DNA of 64,000 nt from an uncultured virus (IMG/VR IMGVR_UViG_3300031133_000403) (Duplodnaviria; Heunggongvirae; Uroviricota; Caudoviricetes). How positions within the stretch are numbered: position 1 is the first letter of the stretch; every line of letters begins with the position of its first letter. Shown here in pieces: positions 57,639 through 64,000 of the stretch. The position numbers were made by a program, and so were the translations under genes. The notes under the pieces were generated by a model that saw only the letters and a program-made list of their open reading frames with translations, had not been told where the DNA came from and made no database searches. The DNA lies in the IMG/VR virus record IMGVR_UViG_3300031133_000403, one strand, 5' to 3'.

Positions 57639-59720
57639 CTAGTCATGGCAGTCCGGGCAGTCCATGTGCCGGTGCCCCGCCGGAAGCGTCGTTCCGCAGG
57701 AGCGGCAGCTTCGTTTGAGACCGCCCTTGGCGAGCATCCGTCCGAGCATCTCGGAGGTCTCGTCGCGTCGCCGTCTGGCGGTCTCTCCGTGCGGGTACGC
57801 GTCCGGGAATTTGCGTGCCAGCCAGGCATAGGCGCCGCACTGCGTGGTGAGGATCTCGAGACGCTGAAGCTGTCCCGCGTCCGCCGTCACGCCCGACCTG
57901 AGTAGTGGGTCGTCCGGCACGTGCGCGGCGAGGCCCCTGCTCGTGGCCGTCAGCCATGCCGAGAGCGCGCGCCTGTTCTCCTTGGTCCTCATGGACAGGG
58001 GCAGACCCATGTACCTGAACTGCTCGGGTGCCTGCACGCCGGCCTCCTCGAGCGTCAGGAGCAGCATCCGGTCGTCCTCCGTCATCCGGTACGACAGCAG
58101 GGCATGGTCGGATACGGCTTCTGCCACGCGGTCGAGCGTCTGGAGAAGCGTGTCTTCGGGGTTGTCCGCCATGATGCGCCGGACGCCGGTCCACGTCGGC
58201 GCGATGTGCACCGTGCGGGGCAGCGTCGTGCCGCTCGACATGGCGTCGTACAGCCAGCCGGGTCTTCCGTCGCAACCCGTCATCGCCCCGACGACGCCTT
58301 CGGCATGATGGCCGTATCGCCCGGCCCGCCCTGCGATCTGGCGTACCGCCGTCGGTGCGATCTGTCGCTTCTGCTTTCCGTCGAACTTCGTCGCGGTCGT
58401 GAACACGACCCTGCGGATCGGCAGGTTCAGCCCCATGCCGATGGCATCGGTCGCCACCAGCACGTCGGCCGCGCCCGACCTGAACCGGGCGGCCTCGGCT
58501 CGGCGCACGTCCGGGCCGAGCGCACCGTAGATGACGGCCGACGTCATGCCGCGTTCGTCGAGCGTCTCCTTCCACGCCAGCACGTCGCGCCTCGTGAAGG
58601 CTATGACCGCATCGCCGGCGCGCAGATCCCGCGGCGCGATCGCGCTGCTCTCCACCCGCAGCTCGCTCTTGCGCTCGAACCGCCGCACTTCGACCTCGTC
58701 GCCGGTGATGCGCGCGATTCCCCGGATCAGGGGCAGCGAGTCCTCCGAGCCCGCCACGACGACGGTCCCCGCGTCGACCGACAGCAGCGCCCTCGTCCAC
58801 GCCCATCCGCGTCCCTCGTCGGCGAGCATCTGTATCTCGTCGATCAGCACCACGTCGTAGCGCCGGCCCAGGTCGAGCATCTCGATGGTCGACGACACGT
58901 GCGTCGCGCCGGGCGTCGTCACGAACTCCTCGCCGGTCACGAGATCGCAGGCGATGCCGCGTGCGTTCAGGGATTCGTGATTCTCCATGGCGAGCAGACG
59001 CAGGGGTGCCAGGTACGCGCCCGTTTCGGCTCGTTCGAGCATTCCCAGACCCTCGTGCGTCTTGCCGGAGTTGGTCGGGCCCATGAGCGCGACGATCCTG
59101 CGTGGCGGCAGCGGTTGCTCGCGGTGCAGGAGACGAAGGTCGGAGAATCCCAGCGCGTCCAGGCGCCGCTCGGTCATGATCCTGTCGCGTCGTTCGGCTC
59201 CCAGCCGGCGCCCTTCGGCGAGCGCGGTCTCCACGCTCATCGGCCACGCCGCCGTCACGACGCCCTCCGCGGGGCCCTCGCACGTCTTCGCCCAGCCGCG
59301 CTGCACGTCCTGGGCGCGATCCGGGAGCCGTCTGGCGATGTCCGCCGTCGTGTCCTCGTGCCAGGTCCGCAGCATGTCGGTCGTGACGGCGGGCGGATCG
59401 GCGGCCACCTGGAGCGACACGAGGGAGGCCAGCTTGAACGTCACGCCGTCCGTCCGCACTTCGTGCAGGGCGCCGGACGCGTCGGCGGCGATGCCGGCGG
59501 TCTCGAGCGCCGCCAGAAGCACGGCGCGATCCTCGACCGTCGGCGTGCGCATCACGTGCGAGGGAAGGCCGTTGCCCTCGCGGATGGCGTTGACGGGGTC
59601 CGTGCTTCCGGTCTCCATCGCGCGCGTCAGTTCCGTCGTCGAAAGGTGGATCATCCGTTCGCGTGCGACCTCGACGATCCTGTGCCGCCGCTTCTTCTTG
59701 CCCGTGGCGGTATGCGCCAT
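57639..59720 (-). CDS. Suv3-like SF2 helicase with C-terminal Zn ribbon
   Basis: GPTNSGKT, YLAPLRLLA, STIEM, IDEIQM, RGWAW, ATDAIGMGLNL, QIAGRAGR; CRSC...CPDC. Confidence 0.93.
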   Translation of the reverse strand: MAHTATGKKKRRHRIVEVARERMIHLSTTELTRAMETGSTDPVNAIREGNGLPSHVMRTPTVEDRAVLLAALETAGIAADASGALHEVRTDGVTFKLASLVSLQVAADPPAVTTDMLRTWHEDTTADIARRLPDRAQDVQRGWAKTCEGPAEGVVTAAWPMSVETALAEGRRLGAERRDRIMTERRLDALGFSDLRLLHREQPLPPRRIVALMGPTNSGKTHEGLGMLERAETGAYLAPLRLLAMENHESLNARGIACDLVTGEEFVTTPGATHVSSTIEMLDLGRRYDVVLIDEIQMLADEGRGWAWTRALLSVDAGTVVVAGSEDSLPLIRGIARITGDEVEVRRFERKSELRVESSAIAPRDLRAGDAVIAFTRRDVLAWKETLDERGMTSAVIYGALGPDVRRAEAARFRSGAADVLVATDAIGMGLNLPIRRVVFTTATKFDGKQKRQIAPTAVRQIAGRAGRYGHHAEGVVGAMTGCDGRPGWLYDAMSSGTTLPRTVHIAPTWTGVRRIMADNPEDTLLQTLDRVAEAVSDHALLSYRMTEDDRMLLLTLEEAGVQAPEQFRYMGLPLSMRTKENRRALSAWLTATSRGLAAHVPDDPLLRSGVTADAGQLQRLEILTTQCGAYAWLARKFPDAYPHGETARRRRDETSEMLGRMLAKGGLKRSCRSCGTTLPAGHRHMDCPDCHD

Positions 59721-59774
59721 CCGATTACCTCCCGCCGTCGTTCGTCCCGCGTTCTCGCCTCCCGTCGCCCGGGG

Positions 59775-60311
59775 TCAGTCGTCGGTCCACATGCCCTGAT
59801 TCGGGCAGTCCGATGCCGCCGGCAGCCGATCGTAGTCCGCCTTCGGGTTGAAGCTGAACTTCAGGGGGCGATCGATGTGGAATTGACGCTCGATCAGCAG
59901 GCCCTGGGCGACCATCTCGTTTCCGCTCAGCCCTCCGAACGCGGCGATCGGCACGTCGTACGTGAAGGGATGGATCGTGATCTCGGGGTCGATGATGTCC
60001 GCGCCCCGATGGAAGATCTGGTGCTTCGTGCCGTCTGCCACGAGTTCGTAGTACCCCGACTCGTATGCGCAGCCGGCCATGCGCATCGTGTCCTCGTCCA
60101 TGCCCAGGCGTCTGTCCTCGGGCAGGTTCATTTCCGCCAGGTGCACGAAGGCGTCCTTGCCGCCGAAGACGCCGTAGCCTTCGTACGCCTGCTCCTCGTA
60201 GGGCGCTTCGCCGCCTGGCCGCAGCATGTACGCCGTGCGCACCGTCGCGCCCGAATGCACGTTCATGATGGACTTGTCGGTGTCCGAGGTCTTCCAGCTG
60301 AAGAAACCCAT
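59775..60311 (-). CDS. Phage-type hypothetical protein
   Basis: MGFFSWKTSDT...YEGYGVFGGKD...CPNQG; AGGAG RBS. Confidence 0.75.
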   Translation of the reverse strand: MGFFSWKTSDTDKSIMNVHSGATVRTAYMLRPGGEAPYEEQAYEGYGVFGGKDAFVHLAEMNLPEDRRLGMDEDTMRMAGCAYESGYYELVADGTKHQIFHRGADIIDPEITIHPFTYDVPIAAFGGLSGNEMVAQGLLIERQFHIDRPLKFSFNPKADYDRLPAASDCPNQGMWTDD

Positions 60312-60351
60312 CTTCGTTCTCCTGTTCGTCGTCGTGGTTGGGAGTTGGTCG

Positions 60352-62022
60352 TCAGGCCGCCTTGGCCAGATAGCCCCGCTGGCGGAACGCGCTCTTGAGC
60401 AGGGGTCGTCCGTGCGCCATCGCCAGGAAGCATTCCGCGTCGTAGCGGCTGTTCTTGGCCTGTGGATCGTCGATGAGGTACTTGCGCAGCTCCTTCTCCT
60501 GGCTGAAGGTCGGCGGCTGGTGCTCGAAGTTCCGACGCGGCACGCCGAAGGAGAGCAGGAACCTGTCTGCCATCGCCATCGCCTCGCTTCCGGTGTCGCA
60601 GGACGAGATGTGCACGTCCTGGGTGCCGACGCGCGTGGCGCAGTGCCACATGCCCTCGATGCACAGGACCGACGCCCACCCGTCCCGCGCCACGGCGACC
60701 ATGGCGGGCTGCTGGCCCGGCACCTCGACGAAGCGCGGCTTGGACTGGCGCATGATGTCGATCTCGCGCATGGAGAACTCGCGGATGACCTCCTGCGGCT
60801 TGCGCTCGATGGCGAAGCAGTCGTTGTCGTTCGCCGGATGCGCATGCGTCTCCGCGCGCACCCGCGCCTCGCGTTCCACCAGCACGCGCGTCTCGATCGA
60901 TCCGTGCCGCTGCGCCGCGCCGGCGAAGTCCAGCAGCAGGCAGTCCGTCTTGCCCTCGAAGGCCCGCATGCCGCGGCCGACCGCCTGCAGGAAGGTGAGT
61001 TCGGCCACCATCATGCGCAGGTTGATGATGCAGTCGGTGACCGGGCTGTCCCACCCCTCGAGCAGCATGGCGCACGACAGAAGCACCTGATGCCGTCCCG
61101 CCTCGTATTCCTCGAGGATCGTCTCGACCTGTTCATCGCTCATGTCGCCGTGGATGTGCGCCGCGTTGACGCCGTTGGCCCTGAAGGTCGCCGCCAGCGC
61201 CTCGGCGTGCGCCACGTTCGGGCAGAAGCCGACGGTGCGCGCGCGTTCGGCGCCGCCTTCGGCGCGCCAGTGGTCGACGACCGACTGGTGGTGGATCTGC
61301 TTGTTGAGCAGCGCCCCCAGCGTGTCGTCGTCGTGATGATCGTCGTTGGCCGCGGTCTTCGTGCCGATGCGCTCGAAGTCCTTGCGCAGACCCATGTCGA
61401 TGGTCCTGGTGGTGACGGGCACCAGATGGCCGATGTCGATGAGCTCGGCGTAGGTGATCTGGAAGGCGATGTCCTCGGGCGTCGCGATCGGCTCGCCGTC
61501 GGCCCGGTTCGGCGTCGCGGTGAACAGGATGACCTTGACCCAGGGATTCGCCTTGCGTGCCGCCCTGATGATCCGCTTGTAGCTGGCCGAGCCGGCGTGG
61601 TGCGCCTCGTCGACGATGATGTGGGTCAGGACCGGCATCTGCGCCAGACGCCCCGGACGCGTCACGCTCGCCGCCGACCCGAACACGATGTCGCCGGACC
61701 AGTCGTTGGACCGCGCCATGACCACGGTCGTCTTCGCGCCGATCGCCGTCGTCGCCTCGGACAGCGTCCGGCGGTTCTGCTTCAGGATCTTGCGCGCCGA
61801 CTGCAGCACCAGCACCTTCGGGAACGCCGTCACCGGCATCTGCTCGGCGAGGTAGAATCCCATCGTCCAGGTCTTGCCGGCACCGGGCGGCATGACCACG
61901 AGCGCGAGCGGATCGCGGCCCTCCTGATCCAGCTTGGTGGCCAGCGCCGCGATGCAGTTCGTCTGGTGCAGTCGGGGGTCGCGCACGACGGCGAGTCCGG
62001 TCGGCATCATGGCTTTCTCCAT
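60352..62022 (-). CDS. SF2 DExH helicase, paralog of 8521..10170
   Basis: MPPGAGKT, DEAHH, TATPNRADG, LLEGWD, QAVGRGMR, DFAGAA. Confidence 0.92.
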   Translation of the reverse strand: MEKAMMPTGLAVVRDPRLHQTNCIAALATKLDQEGRDPLALVVMPPGAGKTWTMGFYLAEQMPVTAFPKVLVLQSARKILKQNRRTLSEATTAIGAKTTVVMARSNDWSGDIVFGSAASVTRPGRLAQMPVLTHIIVDEAHHAGSASYKRIIRAARKANPWVKVILFTATPNRADGEPIATPEDIAFQITYAELIDIGHLVPVTTRTIDMGLRKDFERIGTKTAANDDHHDDDTLGALLNKQIHHQSVVDHWRAEGGAERARTVGFCPNVAHAEALAATFRANGVNAAHIHGDMSDEQVETILEEYEAGRHQVLLSCAMLLEGWDSPVTDCIINLRMMVAELTFLQAVGRGMRAFEGKTDCLLLDFAGAAQRHGSIETRVLVEREARVRAETHAHPANDNDCFAIERKPQEVIREFSMREIDIMRQSKPRFVEVPGQQPAMVAVARDGWASVLCIEGMWHCATRVGTQDVHISSCDTGSEAMAMADRFLLSFGVPRRNFEHQPPTFSQEKELRKYLIDDPQAKNSRYDAECFLAMAHGRPLLKSAFRQRGYLAKAA

Positions 62023-62059
62023 CTCTTTTCCCCTCTGTCCGAGGGATCGGACCACCGTC

Positions 62060-62659
62060 TCATCGGATCTCCACGAGTTCTCCGGGATCCACCACGAGCA
62101 TGACGTGCCCCGTCATGTCCCGCACCTGCCTGATGACGGGGTCGTCCGGGAGCCCGTGCCCGATCACGGCCGACAATCGCTTGCCGACGAGAGTCGCCTT
62201 GACGCTCTCGGGCAGATCGTGGACCTTGGCGTCCAGCACGTAGTGGAGGTACAGAGGCTCGGTCGCGTCGTATCGGATTCCCGACGCCATCGGCGTGACG
62301 CCCGTGAGACGTGGAGCCCGATCGTCCTTCAGGGTCGTGCGCTCGGTCCACCTGTCGCCGTGCACCAGGTCCACGCCGAATCCCAGGCCCAGCTGCGACG
62401 CGTGGACGAGACGACGGACGTCCGCGCCGTGCATCCGCAGGATGGCGAGGTGGTTGCGCTCCATCGCGAGCTTCCGGTTGGGCGGACCTTGGCCATCGAC
62501 GCCTCGCACATAGGCCTCGATGGTCGCCGCCGTGGAATGGAGCGGCTCCATGCCGAGCGTGCCCGCGACCAGCTGGTTCGTCTCCTGCGTGAACGCGTCC
62601 GAACGCGCGCCGGTCAGCTTGGCGTTCCAGCGGCGCAGCGTCACGAGGCTCTCCCGCAT
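62060..62659 (-). CDS. PET-GR motif family protein
   Basis: LPESVKATLVGKRLSAVIGH. Confidence 0.75.
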   Translation of the reverse strand: MRESLVTLRRWNAKLTGARSDAFTQETNQLVAGTLGMEPLHSTAATIEAYVRGVDGQGPPNRKLAMERNHLAILRMHGADVRRLVHASQLGLGFGVDLVHGDRWTERTTLKDDRAPRLTGVTPMASGIRYDATEPLYLHYVLDAKVHDLPESVKATLVGKRLSAVIGHGLPDDPVIRQVRDMTGHVMLVVDPGELVEIR

Positions 62660-62732
62660 CCGTCCCGATCCGGGATCGCAATCGTTAATTCGGCGCTTAC
62701 CATTCGCCTTTTCCCCATCCTACAATCACGTC

Positions 62733-62939
62733 ATGCGATGGATCGGCCTCTTCAACGTGTGCTACGGTGGGTTGGGCCTGGCGGCCGCCCTCTATCTGGG
62801 TCGCCCCGAGGGCGTGGTCCTGTGCGCATGGGTCATGTCCGTCGGCATCGCGATGCGCTTCGCATCGCCGCTCCTGGCGCGATTCAGGTCCGCGCGACGT
62901 CGACGTCGCATAGTGTCGAGAGCGCGCGCCGCCTACTGA
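62733..62939 (+). CDS. Small membrane protein, possibly leaderless
   Basis: TACAAT 6 nt before ATG; two hydrophobic segments and a basic tail. Confidence 0.5.
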   Translation: MRWIGLFNVCYGGLGLAAALYLGRPEGVVLCAWVMSVGIAMRFASPLLARFRSARRRRRIVSRARAAY

Positions 62940-63208
62940 GGGGCCGTCGCGCGCAGCCGCTTCGGCATGTGCCCTTCCGGAACGACGACGCCGTGCAGAT
63001 CGCGCATTCCCCGCGTGAACGTCTCCCAGTCCGAGACCGTCGTCATGCCGTGCGTGCAAAGCAGGCACTCGCCCAGACCGGCGATCTGGTCCGTCATGCT
63101 GCGATGGATGTCGATGCCCATCATGCCGAATCGACCGATGCAGCTGCCGTCGACCGCCTCGGCCACCCACACGGTGCGCCCGTCGCTTTCGATGCCCGCG
63201 GTCTTCAT
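62933..63208 (-). CDS. Hypothetical protein
   Basis: IGRFG..GIDIH...CLLCTH; ATGA coupling. Confidence 0.65.
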   Translation of the reverse strand: MKTAGIESDGRTVWVAEAVDGSCIGRFGMMGIDIHRSMTDQIAGLGECLLCTHGMTTVSDWETFTRGMRDLHGVVVPEGHMPKRLRATAPQ

Positions 63209-63402
63209 GCGCGACCACCCGTGTACAGCCGCGCCGCATGTCCCATGCATCGTCGGACGTCCGCCTCGGCGGCGTCGGGATGCGATCTCCAGACGACGTC
63301 GGCGATGTCGCAGGCCCGCGTGTCTTCGTCCGCCGCCCGCAAAGCGCGCACCACCGTCTCGGTCATGGCGAGATCGTCGCCCGGCACGTCACGCGCGTTC
63401 AT
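63205..63402 (-). CDS. Small hypothetical protein
   Basis: ATGA coupling on both sides. Confidence 0.5.
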   Translation of the reverse strand: MNARDVPGDDLAMTETVVRALRAADEDTRACDIADVVWRSHPDAAEADVRRCMGHAARLYTGGRA

Positions 63403-63953
63403 CCCGCCGATTTCGGCACGGGGCCCGTTCCTTGCGTCCATTGGGCGAGTTCCTCGACTGTGAAGTAGCCATGATTGTTGCGTCGGCCGTCGACGGGATT
63501 GAGCCAGAAGATCACGGGATGCACCGTGTCGGAGCGTCTGTCCTGCGGGGTCCACCGCGGCGACAGCGCCATGTAGGGCCTGATCGACATGTGCGCGACG
63601 CGCATTTCCGCCAGCTTCAGCTCGATGCCGGTCTCCAGCGCGGCGTTCGTCAGGGCCCGTCTGTCGGCCTGCGCCGCGTCGAACGTCGCGATGAGCGGGG
63701 CCGGCACCAGCGACGGCCGCGCGATGACGAGTCCACCTCGCGCGAAGGGGTTCGGGTTCGATCCCATCCAGATGGCGATGTCCCGATCGCGCACGCCTTG
63801 GTGGATCGTCTCGATGTGCCTGGCGGCATCGCCGTAGCCTACGACCGCCAGGGCGTCCGGGCCCCAGGCGCCGATCAGCGAGGTTTCCGCGTCGTACCTG
63901 TGCAGCAGGCCGTCGACATGGCCCGCTCCCTCCTCGTCCATGATCATGGCCAT
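63399..63953 (-). CDS. Hypothetical protein
   Basis: Protein-like (FWLNP...GYFTVEEL..W); start may lie further upstream. Confidence 0.7.
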   Translation of the reverse strand: MAMIMDEEGAGHVDGLLHRYDAETSLIGAWGPDALAVVGYGDAARHIETIHQGVRDRDIAIWMGSNPNPFARGGLVIARPSLVPAPLIATFDAAQADRRALTNAALETGIELKLAEMRVAHMSIRPYMALSPRWTPQDRRSDTVHPVIFWLNPVDGRRNNHGYFTVEELAQWTQGTGPVPKSAG

Positions 63954-64000
63954 TCCGTCGTCGACGACTTTGCGGCGGCCCTCGCGTCGCTCGCTGCGGT

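Noticed and set aside
775..62659. PET-GR motif as a PAS domain
   Set aside because: Only superficially like the PAS pattern (EELxGRxxxDLxxP); no other PAS features or signalling domains. Needs a structure search.
775..62659. Diversity-generating retroelement explaining the paralogs
   Set aside because: No reverse transcriptase and no near-identical TR/VR nucleotide repeats seen; similarity is at protein level only.
586..63463. Many long plus-strand and alternative-frame ORFs (e.g. 57921..60398, 43004..44959, 60226..62103, 8486..10207)
   Set aside because: Arg/Ala/Gly-rich shadow frames overlapping better-supported genes; expected in high-GC DNA.

Overview
High-GC window with densely packed, mostly short genes, almost all on the minus strand, many coupled by ATGA/GTGA overlaps. 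It looks like the accessory region of a very large mobile replicon (jumbo phage or megaplasmid, probably alphaproteobacterial; inference). No virion, replication or conjugation genes are recognisable in the window. Recognisable genes: dCTP deaminase, a three-domain Pnk/phosphoesterase/RNA ligase, YqeY, an NRK/uridine-kinase-like protein, two paralogous SF2 helicases, a Suv3-like helicase, YaaA, a GYGD K+ channel, a DUF1190/GSP-synthase/DUF350/PspA module, a CoaB-like/aldolase fusion, tRNA-Arg(TCT) and tRNA-Thr(TGT). Three observations stand out. (1) About 22 divergent genes share an unassigned motif, here called PET-GR: [LIVM]P[ED][TS]xxxxxxG[RK]x[LV]xx[VL][VI]xxP. (2) A 1685-bp element carries only a TnpB/Cas12-like RuvC gene, yet has terminal inverted repeats and an exact 8-bp target duplication; removing it restores the start of the interrupted gene. 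(3) A candidate leaderless translational attenuator has first codons (ACA, AGA) that are read by the two tRNAs encoded downstream. All calls were made by eye from motifs; no database search was run.
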